Shown here: piece by piece, positions 1 through 11,700 of the stretch
Layout of the letters: each line of letters starts with the position of its first letter
Numbering within the stretch: position 1 is the stretch's first letter
DNA from: Podarcis tiliguerta
Taxonomy: Eukaryota
DNA: 64,000 nt
Strand: one strand, 5' to 3'
Assembly: GCA_965153285.1 (NCBI GenBank)
Contig: OZ229115.1
Notes under the pieces: generated by a model
Seen by the model: the letters and a program-made list of their open reading frames with translations, nothing else
What the model was told of the DNA's origin: nothing
Database searches by the model: none
Position numbers and translations under genes: made by a program

Positions 1-3000
1 AGCCATATAGACTAGACTCTCATTTTGGTTTGGTTTTTAAAAGGAAAGCCCAGGTTCCTGACTAGTATGGTCACACAGTGGTAAGATACAGACAGTTGAT
101 TAAGTTTTAATTGCAATAGCAGATTCTGTCATTGCTCCCACTGGGTTATTTTGACCTGCTAATTTTTACCTAGGGAACAGATATTGTGACTTTCTCATTT
201 TTAAGTCCAGGGATTTGTTTGCTTACAAGACAGACAGCCATTTAATTTCTAAATAAAAAAGTACATTACTAGATTCTGACATTTTTATTGCTTTATGAAT
301 TATAGCCCCAGGAATAGTGCACAGCAGTATTGGGTTTTTAAAAACATTTAAAATTAAACAGACTTCACTGCAGAAATGTACCAGCATATTATTTTTCAGT
401 AATTTCCTAAAGTATTGTAATGTGGTTAGTTTGTAAAATCAGTTCAAACCAGTATTTAATAGCTTTATTTTCTATTCTAATTTCTCCCCCTTGGAAGTGA
501 CAAAACTATAGGGGGTAGGAAATCAATATTTTGCAAAATGGGTACAAAGTGCTAAAGGAAAAGGAATAATTTTAACATTAGATGCCTTTATGTAAAGGCA
601 AATGTGTGCCAGGGGAGCTGTGTATTATTTCTTTCATTTAAAGGCCATCTTTGAAATTTCAGTTTTTGCTTCTTAGCAGTAAAAGAAGATGGAAAAATAA
701 CTTCTACTGCAGGTTTTTAATATGAATCTCCATTCAATTTTAATGAGCACATTATTTTTTCCCCAATTTCGTCTGTCACTTCTAGTTTGCATCTTTTTAA
801 TTATGAAGAATACTATTAGTCAAATAGTATATAGAGAAGATTTGTTGTCAGTTATTTTAATTTCTCTTGACATGCCTTGTTTTACGTTCTGCTCTGAGAT
901 CTCTGCTCAAGCAGTCCAGACCACTATATATCTCCCTGTCTGGGAAAGGTTTGGATGAGACATAAGTAGGCCTCCCCCTGTAAAAAACTGCCTATATTGC
1001 TTGGGGGGGGGGGGTATGACTCCACACCAGCAGAAATACATCTGCCCACCCACAGATTGCTGGGCAGGTGAAAATGCACCCACCAGCAGCTAACCTTGTG
1101 GAGAACCCCAAAACGGGGGGCAGGATTACCCTCAGCAATGGAGACAGGAGGTGTGGTGGAAAGGGAGGGAGAAAACACCCACCTGGGGTAAAGGCAGGGA
1201 CCCAAGCTCAATAGTGCTAGGAGAGAAACCAAATCCAGAGGTAATGGGAAGGAGGACAACCAACACAGCAAACTGCAGGGAGCAAAACTCAATGGTAGTG
1301 GGGGGTAATGAGTGGGTTCACATCCAGGGGAGTAAGTGTTCTGGTGGGTGCCAGAGGGGCACCAAGCATTAGGAAACAGCAGCTGATGGGGCAGGCAGAG
1401 GAGCTAATAAAAGGATGAAAGATGTGGAACTGTGGTGGGAGCATGTAGCTGGAGGAGGGGAGGAAGAGTTGCTGGGAGGGGCCCAGCCACAGGATGAAAG
1501 GAGAAGTGGTGGAAAGCCAAAGTGATTGATAGCTGGGGGTGCATTCAGAAGGCTGCAGAAATCCACAGGATTTCTAATATTATGGGCTGAAGAATTGCTT
1601 GCCTGTGCAGCCCCTATCATCCTCCCTGCCCTGGCAGGGGTTTCTGCCCAGCAACATCTTCCACCATGGGCAGCTTCTGATGGGTTGCACTACTTTGGTG
1701 ACTGATTTATGGGATCAGGTCATGGAAGCACTGGTGTCTCATCGTCAGTTTTCTGAACACCCATTTGATCACCACATCGGTGGTACAGTGTGCCCTATAA
1801 TAGTGCCTATCTGGAGTTACAGAGAAAGTGGCACATAAGTGCATTTAAGAGGATTGGCTCCCTCAGCCTCCACCATTGCATGACAGGTTCCACCTGCAAG
1901 CAATGGAATGACACCTTTGGTGCAATCAGGAAATGAGCCTGGGAACTAATCTGCTCCCCCATGATATTAATGGAGGCTTTGAACAAAGCCTTGGGGGCAG
2001 GTAAGAAGATCCTTGCCCATACCCCATCAAAGACATGGACAACAGCCAGAGTGATGTCGGTAATGTATCAGTGGCCTCGATTCCCAAGGATCTTGCAGGG
2101 ATGGGAGAGGTGGTGGTGCAGTGCCAGCACCAGTGGAGGAAGCTGTGGCTGTGGCTATGGAGGCTGTCCAACCAGCTCAGCCTCTCCCCAATGTATCCCA
2201 GAGGTGGGTGTGCATTCTCTTTGTGGATGAGTTGCATCCTCTCTGCACCCTGGTTTCAGTGAGTATGTCTCGGCAGAGTTGCCAGGCACAAAGATCAGCA
2301 CCATGGACAGCACTTGAGCTGTCTTCTGCTCACATGCATGCTGCACCTCTGAGGCCCAGTAGCCCTCATGGACATGGTGGTTGGCCTCCCGCTTGCTGCC
2401 TTGCTGGACGCTGTGGCTGCCATTCAACAGGGTAGGTCTGCACAAGATCCTGAGATGCCACTGCCTCAACCACCCAACAGACCGAGACCAGCACTTATGC
2501 CACCTATGGACCTGGACCATAGGAGACTGAGGAGAGGATAATCCTCATATGGGAGTGGGAGAACAATGAAACTCCTAGCAGCTTGGGAGGGGGCAGGCCC
2601 AATCCAGGGAACGTTGGGGTGAACGATGGGGGCAGTACCCTCTCCAATGCTAAGGATTTGTCTTTGGAGGGCAGCAACAGGGAGTGGAAAGGGGTGATCA
2701 GCAGTGACAGCAGGCTTCGTCTTGGGGATACTGCACTGTTGGTGGGTCATTGTCTGCTGGAGGTGAGGGATGCAGGAGGAATGGGAGGTGGCTTTGGAGG
2801 ACGAGGCTACAGATAGCTTATTTGGATGAATCAAGAGTGAAGTAAGATGCTACAAACTTACAGATCAACTTCAAACAAGCATTCAATCAAGGAATTAAGC
2901 ATATAAATCATGAAGCAGGGTTGTTAAGGTCTGGTGAATCTGTACAGATTTTCCTTTTCCTTACATGACCATCATAAATAAAGTTTCTCCTGCTGTGTTT

Positions 3001-3194
3001 GTGTTCCGCCTGCAGAAACACATCTCCTCAAATGCAATATTCCTCTAACAATAATACCTCTCAAATTCCTTGTCACTATCTTGGAGTTTTAGTTGTTACT
3101 TTCAGAACATGAGGCTTAATAGGGCTGTTTTGCCTGACTTGCTTTTCAGCTGGAATGTAAATCTTCAGATCTATACTCACCAAAATTCTTTCTA

Positions 3195-3390
3195 CTTAAT
3201 TGCATCTGCACCCCACCCTTTTCCCAAGGAGCTTAGGTTAGCATACATGGCTGTCCACCACCCATTTTACCCAGCTATCCCTTAAGGCTGAGACAGTGAC
3301 TTGTGCAAGGTCCACCCAGGGAGCTTCATGGTCAAGTGTGGCCTTGGACCTGGATTTCCCTGGTCCTGGTTGGATTTTTAACCACGTTGG
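3195..3390 (-). mobile_element. MIR/CORE-type SINE remnant
   Basis: gctgagacagtgacttgtgcaaggtccacccagggagcttcatgg core; reverse of the copy at 57661-57830. Confidence 0.55.
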
Positions 3391-6335
3391 CTTTCAGTGC
3401 CTCTCTCCTGTGTTCTCTTCTGCACTGACAGTGATCCCACATTCACATAATTAGCACAATGGTGCAAAGCCTTTTTAAAGATACTGTGTGTAATGTGGGT
3501 GTGCTAATGTCTGCATATGAGTAAGGTGATGTGGAGGAGGAACCAACCCTTACCTTTTGTTTTGGAGCAGCCTGCCAGTGCATTTAATTAGAAACCGTGC
3601 ATCTTGGAAAATTCATGTGGCATGCCTATATTCTTCCTTGCTGCTAGTCTGTTAATAGGAGGCAATGCAAACCTGCCCCTGTGTCTGTCTCCCCAGGTCA
3701 GGAAGGCTTAGAAGGGAACTGGTGTGGGGGCCTCTAGTTCTGAGGCAGGGATATCCAGATCCAATGGCTCTTCATGGTCGCTGGCAATATGGAGATCTTC
3801 TGAAAGATGCTGGTACTCTTTTGAAGAGAATCCAGGTCTGCGGTCTGGGCAGGGCTGACTCCTGACTCCTCCTACACATTGCACTCCACAAAGATAGGCC
3901 TATACTGTAGCTTCCTATGTTGTCAGTAGAACAGAAGTCTCTGTTCTGGTCCATTAGTGAAGATTGGAAGCCAACCTACCACCTTGACGTCAATTTAGAT
4001 AGCTGTCCTAGCTGATCTCTGCCATAGCCCAGTCACCTGGAGTTGAGTCATTCCTGTTTTGAGATTACTTGTACTGTTTAATCCTGATAGGAAAATGGAT
4101 GTTAAGCCTAAAACTGTTTTAGTGAGGGTATTTTGTGAAGCCTGGATTTGAAGGGGTACAGTGTGTTAGCTCTGCTTTACAAGCTCTGGGGCTTTAAGTC
4201 TGTCCATTGGCCTCAAATGCCCCGACCAGCGGAGCCCAGGACTGCCACCTTGTTTTCCTGCCTGGTGCTTTAATCATTTTGATGCTGAAGATAAGCTAGC
4301 GGAGACTCGTCAGGCAGAAGACGTTCTTTAAAGAGTGTTTTTTGCTAAAAAACTTAACACCATGGTGCTGAAAAGTGTTTGTGCAACTTGCAAATGTAAC
4401 CTACTTCTCATATCACTTAAATTATTCATCAAACTTCTAAGCACAGTTGTAGAAGCAGAGGGGCAGATTATTACCATTGCTGGTTCGTCTCATTAAGTAA
4501 AGGTCTGTCTGGTTCCTCCAGTTTGCCTTAGATCCAGGATACCTTTCATGGAGTGGTGGCAACAATGCATGTGAAAGGTTCTGAGTTCCTCTTGCTGAAA
4601 AAAACAGGAGCAAGTCGCCTTTTTGTTTTCATAAATGTGTATGAAATCCCAAAGTATGCAGTTTATAGTATGTATTTTTGGCTTTTATCTCTCTTCTGCT
4701 GCAAAGCGAATAAGATCCTTGCATATTTTTTCAGACTGAAAATGATGAGCTGAGGGGAAGGAATGGGCTTCACAGGCTGTGGAACACATCTGATTGATCA
4801 GGAAGTGTAATTTGGGGGGATGAAGGGTTGTCTTAAGTCTGGAAGCAAACAGGCAGGTATAATATGGGGGGGGGAGAACAGGGTTGAAGAAGAACAGATG
4901 GTAAGAGAGACATGTGTAACTAGATGACAATGAGGACCTCACAAATACACACACAGAGAGAAAGAGACTTATAGTTCTTTCCCCTCTCACCACCACCACC
5001 CACCGTGGTTTTCTCTCCTCTGCCCCTCCTTCATGCTTGTCATTTGTCAGAGAAGCTAAAGGTGCCTCTTACCTTTCATTTCCGGGAGTCTTTACAGCCA
5101 CCTTCACCCCATTACTGTCTGCACATCAGCGCAGGGCAAATCAGCGTCGCTACTCTTGGCCATGTTTTCCTGCTTCCACCTCCATCCAGTTTTATCACCC
5201 AAAGTGACACTGTTTGTCATTAGAAGCAAGCATGATGATAATCACCACAATTTCTTTTATTTCTTTTTGAATTAAGTAAACTGATGATGTGTGAAATTAA
5301 ACCAAGTTTCCCTTAGGGCAGTATCATCAACCTTGAGATCCTGTCTGCCCCTCTAAAGTTTGAGACCTGCATGTTCCTCCACTGACTGCTTTGCCCATCC
5401 TTTCCCCTTCTTGCTATGATTCTGATTTTACTTCATAGTAGGCAGAGAAACAGGGTAGGGAAGAGAACTAGGACTGGGCTAAGAGGCACAAGAGATGCAT
5501 CATCTGCCCCTGTCTTGGAGCAAGTGAAGGATATAGATTGAAGTTTTGGGTTAACACCTGTCCATTTTGGTTCTTACCTCTGCTTGCTGTCATTTTCATT
5601 TTCCCACTCCTTTTAATGAGAGAATAAACTGCACATCTCCAGCCTGTAAATTTGGGGTTTTCTATTTGAATGACACAATGGGGACATTCAGCTATTCCCC
5701 CCCCCCCCCCAGGTTTTAAGACCTGCCAAATTTCAGCCAGATTGGCAAAGGGTCTCCATTTTAGTTAAGACCCCCACATTCCTAAATCACCTTTGCCTTA
5801 CATTACAACAGATGTAAAATAAGGGTGGGTGCATTTCTTTTTTCTTCTTCAGTTGCTTTAGAAATGATTGCACAAAACAGAACCTGTGCTTTGTCCCCTT
5901 GTAATTGCATCTATCATTCTGCAGCCTCATATTGTGGCCTAGCATATAATGAGAGTGTGATATACAGGGAATATACTGACCATTGTGGAATAGACTTGAA
6001 TACGTCAGTATAAAATGCCAACATGGCTCAACTAAGTGCAGCCTGCTTAAGTGTTGTTGATCTCCAGATAAAATCAAAACTGGCACAGACTTATCTGGAG
6101 ATCATGCAGTTTCTGGGCAATTTTGTATATTAGCTACAATGGTGGAACGAATCCTTCATAAATATTACACCCATATTTCAGTGGAGACATAACATCTGGC
6201 ATTTGTGCTTTTAGCTTTCTTACCCATCTCTCCTGTTAATGTAACTCTCTTGTCATGTTTAGGGAGTGTCTGTTCTCTGGAACTGTACAGTAGCATTCCC
6301 TTAACGGCTGGGCTTTTCTCTTTGTTCTGTTCCAG

Positions 6336-6483
6336 GTCAACGTGGAGTCTTAAGGGAGATTACATTGCCTCCAACACAGATGAGTGCACAGCCACTCTGG
6401 TGTATGCTGTTAATCTGAAGCAATCTGGCACCGTCTCCTTTGAGTATATCTATCAAGACAGCAGCATCGTCTTTGAGTTCTTT
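6336..6483 (+). CDS. ELAPOR1: ELAPOR1 exon (approx. exon 4)
   Basis: tccag|...ttt|gtatgt; [49 protein letters not shown]. Confidence 0.95.
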
Positions 6484-8723
6484 GTATGTTTCCTATAACT
6501 CAGTCCACCTTGCTAATATTGCATGCAAAGTGAGGGAGGATTTCTTCTGGGCACTGTCTTTACCTATATGACCACCTCTGCACTAGTTTTCACTTTCGGG
6601 GCCTATCTGAAAAATGGATGTTGCATCTTGTTGCAGTCAAGGACAAGGATTCCTGGTATTTAAACCAGAAAACATGGAAGGAGGTTCGTTTTTGTGTTGC
6701 TGGCAATTCATTTAGCCTCCCACTGAACTGTTCCTTCTTGGACTTCATCCGGTGACAAATGAATTTTGGCAGCAGTTATTTTTGCAGTCCTTTCAAGACA
6801 CAGCGGTTTCCCTTCTTTAGCGCTTCAAAGATAATGATGCTCATTTAAAACAACAGCATTATTACTTTGGCATCTCCTCTCCTCCCTATTCACTACAATA
6901 CAGTAGCCAAGAAGACTTTTCCAACATTTATACCATCTCCAGGGCCATTAACATATACCACTGTGTTCTTTAAAGTGCACTTCAGATAACTTAAAAACTC
7001 CGAAGTGTACTGAGGTGCATTTTATCACAATTTCTTCCATAGAAGTGGCTCTTCCTCTACATTGCTTTAAGAAAGTGGGTAGATACAGGAATGGTTGCCT
7101 TGAGTGCCAAAATGGACACAAAACCATTTAACTTCTTAAAAATCTCTGAACAATGTGCTTTAGATTTGCTGCTGGAGAATTAGTTAGGGCACTTTCTCCA
7201 TCTTGTACTTTGTAGGAGCCCAGAGAAACCTACAGCAGATTGGAGGTGTTTTTAATTGTTTTTGTGTTTTTTGCGTTTGATGTATTGTGCTTTTGTTTTT
7301 GCTTTTTTATTATGTAATTTTGTATTCTCCTTTTTTCTTTTTTCTTTTTCCTTTTCTTTTTTCTTTTTTGTATAATTTCTAAATGTTTAATAATTTATTT
7401 ATTTTTAAAAAGAGAAACCTACAGCAGCTTATCTTTCCAGCCTTTAAAGCTATGCATACATTCTCTCTACACTACAGCATTAGAACTTGGTCCTACAAAA
7501 GAGTTTTGCCCTCCAGCAGCAAAAATGTTAATTTTACTGTGATATCTTAAGCTGACTACTACAAATCAACTTATTTACCCCGTGCATCCTCATCCCAGGT
7601 TCTCATTTCTTGCAGATTCAGAATGACCAGTGCCAGCCAACTGTAGAGGAGTCGCGATGGATGAGAACCACAGAGAAAGGGTGGGAGACGCACACTGTAA
7701 GTGCACAGAGCTCCTTAACTGTGCTTATGGCCAGCAGGGGCTTGGAGAAGGAGACCTGTGTCTGCTTCTGGGACTCAGTACTGAAGTCCCAAACGGTACA
7801 GCCTTTCAGTATCAGCTGGGACTTGAACTGTCTGTGCTTTGAACATTTGCAGGTGGAGCTGAGTCAGGGCAACAATGTTCTGTTTTGGAGAACGACAGCC
7901 TTCTCTGTGTGGTCCAAAACTCCCAAGCCTGTGTTGGTGAGGAACATTGAGATTACAGGTTTGTGTTTGGTTGGTGCATGTCTCGGGTCTGATGCCACTG
8001 TGCAAGCTGTCATTGTGCCCAGCAGCGGCTAAAATGTTTTTTTCCCCTCTCTTGCACTGCTATCCAACCTCACCCCTTTACTCCCCCCTGTTCCCTAGGA
8101 GTAGCCTTCACTTCTGAATGCTTTCCCTGCAAGGCAGGCACCTACACAGCCAAATTAGGTTCTTCCTTCTGCCAGCCATGCCCAGCAAACTCCTACTCCA
8201 GCAAAACAGCTACTTCCTGCCACCAGTGTGAGCCAGCAATGTACTCAGGTAAGCACCTTAGCTAATTATCAGAAAACTTATGAAGGAGGCTGATTTATGA
8301 CTTTGGAGTATAGGAAGCTTGCTCAATATTGTCTACACTGACTGGCAGTGGCTCTCCAGGGTTTCAGGGAGGATCCCCTACCTGGGGATGCTGGGGATTG
8401 AACTTGGGACCTTCTATATACAAGGCAGGGGCAGTACCACTGAGCTATGGTCTATTCCCATAGCTTTACTTAGCAAAAGTATCACATATCCCCAGCTGTT
8501 TGCCCAGCTTCCAAGTTCAGTTGAATATGCTTCCTAAACCTTCCTGCCAGCTTAGAACCCATTGCACCTGCTCTGACGAAGAAAAACCAATGGCTCTCCT
8601 TTCTCCTCTTCAAAAATGTAATTAATGTAGCCATGTTCTTTCCCCTGTTTCTGTAAGAGGCTAAGTCTGCAGTGTTGGGTACTGCTTTTGCTTTTGCTTG
8701 TAATGATTTGGCATCAACCCTTT

Positions 8724-8773
<50 letters not shown>

Positions 8774-11700
8774 CACACACACACACACCATTTTCTTTCT
8801 CCCAGTAACATTCACAAGCATGTGAAACTGAAGGGGAGAGGAGGGAAAACAGTAAGTGAAGATGAAACCAAAAGCCTGCGGTAGCCAGTGTAGTGCCCAC
8901 CCAGATGAGCCTCAATCAGCCCAAACCAGCATAGACAGTGGGTCAAAGATGATGGGAGCTCCTGGGAGACAGCCCATTAGCTATCCTTGCCAAAAGCTAT
9001 TTCTAAGCAGTTTCCATTAACACAAGCACCAAGAAGTATTGTTTTAACTTCCTCCTGCCTTATTGATAGTGAGGCATTTAAAAGTGCAGTTATTTAAATT
9101 CCCTTCATCGTTGGAGGGTGTTGTTGGCATGCTTAGAAGCATTTATTATTGCAAGCTGGAAGCATAGGGAAACCCCGCCCCCAGCTTTTGCATGCCCACT
9201 TGGGTGCCATTTTCCTTCTTCCCTGGGCATTTGATAAGTTTGAGAAAGTTGGGGTGGGGGGGGGGAGAGAACTTGCAAGCCCAGCCTGGATCTATATGAG
9301 CTTTGGAAAATTACTGGGGAAATCTTGAGCTTTTTCAGAGAATTCTCCAAATGAAAGTTTGGAAAGATCTAGCCCATTAAATGTAGGCACATTTTTATCC
9401 TCTTCGTGGAAAGTAGGTCTAAGTCTCAAGCAGATTTTTGATCTGTAGTTCTGTGTTTTTGGGAGAAATTTTACACAGCTGGATTTGGGGCATTGTTCTC
9501 ATGTATTGCTCTCTGCATAATGAGGGTTACGTTTGTTAGGGCCTTCATGCTTTGAGCATAATTTGCTCAGTTCTGTGGAACTCTGCCTTGCAGAAAGACT
9601 TGGAAAGTTACTCTCAAATTACTGCCTCATAGCAATTTCATTCCTCTTTGTGGTTGCTTAGAATCACAGAATTGTGGAGCTTGAAGGGACCACGGGGGTC
9701 ATTTTGTCCAACCCCCTGCAATGCAACAATCTTTTGCCCAGCATGGGGCTTGAACCCATGACTCTTGAGATTAAGAGTCTCATGTTCTACTGACTTAACT
9801 ATCTCAGGCTTGCATCATATCTGGCGAGTGCAATATCAGTGTTGTCTGTTCCCCTATAAGAAGTGGCAGCAGTTGGCACATCAGACTGCAGCATTTTGAT
9901 TGGTTGCTGTCGTGCAGGAAGACTTTGACTTGATCAGCTTCAAAACCTTATGCTTGAAGCATTTTACCAGGCTGCTGGAAACTATAGGAGGAGATGGTGG
10001 ACCTTGGGTTTCCCCTTTCCTCCATGGGAAGAGAGTATTCAACTTAATGACAAAATGCTCCATCTTCAGGGCAAAATCCCTGCAATTTCCTCATCAATTG
10101 CTGCCACTTTTTCTTACCCTAAAAGGGCTGGGACCTGCCTGCTCCTTTAACATGATACAAAAATGTGTTCTTTGTTCCCGTCAAATCCAATTGTCTTAAG
10201 CAAATATAAGGCAAATGGCTTCTAACAATTTCTAGGAGAACAAATGTTGGAACTGAAGCCTGAAACGACCTGTACATCTGCAAACATGCACACACTGCCC
10301 TTCTCATTGCTCCGGTTAAATACACTGAATAGATTTATGGTATCCGTGATTAGTACCTGCTACACGGAGATAAAATATGGGCATGTGTGTGAGATGGGCA
10401 TGGCACCTTTCTCAAGTTGCTGCTGAGTTGTTGCTAGATTGATTCTTTCATGCTCACGTGGTTTTAACCATTGTTTCCTCTTTTCAATAAAGAACCAGGT
10501 TCAGCATCATGCAAGCCACGCCCAGCTTGCACAGATAAGGATTATTTTTATACTCATACAGCCTGTGATACCAATGGAGAGGTAATTCACCTTCTGGATT
10601 TCCTTGTTTGTGATGGTGGTGTTTAAATAGTGAAAATTTCTTGTTTAGCTTTTTGACGTACACAGCTATAGAGCTTACCTTTAACAGAAAAGACTCTACT
10701 GCAAAGCATTGTACATGCTTTAATAAGCAGGGACATAAGGAGTCACTGAGCACGCAGGAATATAAAGGAGTCAGGCCCTGAAGATGGCATGGCTGGCTAA
10801 GCCTACCCACCTCTTTTAATAAGCAGAACCCACTGCTGCTGGTTTCTCCTTATTAGAAGAGGTGTGTGGCCTTGGAAAGGCCTCACCTCCTTGTCTACCT
10901 CAGGAAGAGGGAAGTGGCTACAGCGGGATGTGGCATGAACCTGCCGGCTGCCTTCTCTTGGTGGTGGTATGTAGGGACGAAGGAGAGAAACTTGTTCTTC
11001 CCATCATCATGCCGCCACCACCAAGAGAAGGAAGCCTAAATGGGACACAAAGGGGAGAAACACTTTCTCCCCTTTGTGTCCTGTCTCAGAGAAGGAAGCC
11101 TGTGCAGGATTCCTTGCAGTGACAGACTTTGGGGTCTCCTGCCCTCTGGGGCAAAATGTATCACGCCGGCACTGGCACCTGGTCACTGTGAAAGCAGAAT
11201 GTTGGGGTAGTTGGGTCAATTCAAGCAAGGCTCTTCTTATCACTGCTGTGTGCAAAGAGCACCCCCATGTGGACCATTTCATACTGACAGTATATTACTA
11301 AACTTGGGGAGGGAACTCAGAACACCCGGGAGTAAGAGGAGGAGGAGCTAAAATGTCAGGGCTTCTTTCCTGGAATATCCTCATAATGCTTTTTGCAGAT
11401 GGGCCGAGAGCCGGTGTAATTGTTGTTCATGTAAAGAGATATCTAGGCATTGCACAGCTTTTTGCGGATTAAAGTGTAGAAATGTTTGCTCCTATCTCTT
11501 TCTTATATCAACAGACTCAGTTAATGTATAAGTGGGCTGAACCAAAGATCTGCAGCGAGGAGCTCCCCGGTTCTGTAGAATTGCCTGCTTCTGGCACAAA
11601 AACTAAATGCCCACCTTGCAATCCTGGTTTTTTCAAGACAAACACCAGTTCCTGCGAGCCCTGCCCATACGGATCATATTCAAATGGGTCTGGTAATGCT

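Noticed and set aside
9735-9810. tRNA-Lys-like sequence (also a tRNA-Ala-like head at 19441)
   Set aside because: Stems and boxes are decayed and each is fused to a LINE-derived tail, so these are SINE heads rather than tRNA genes
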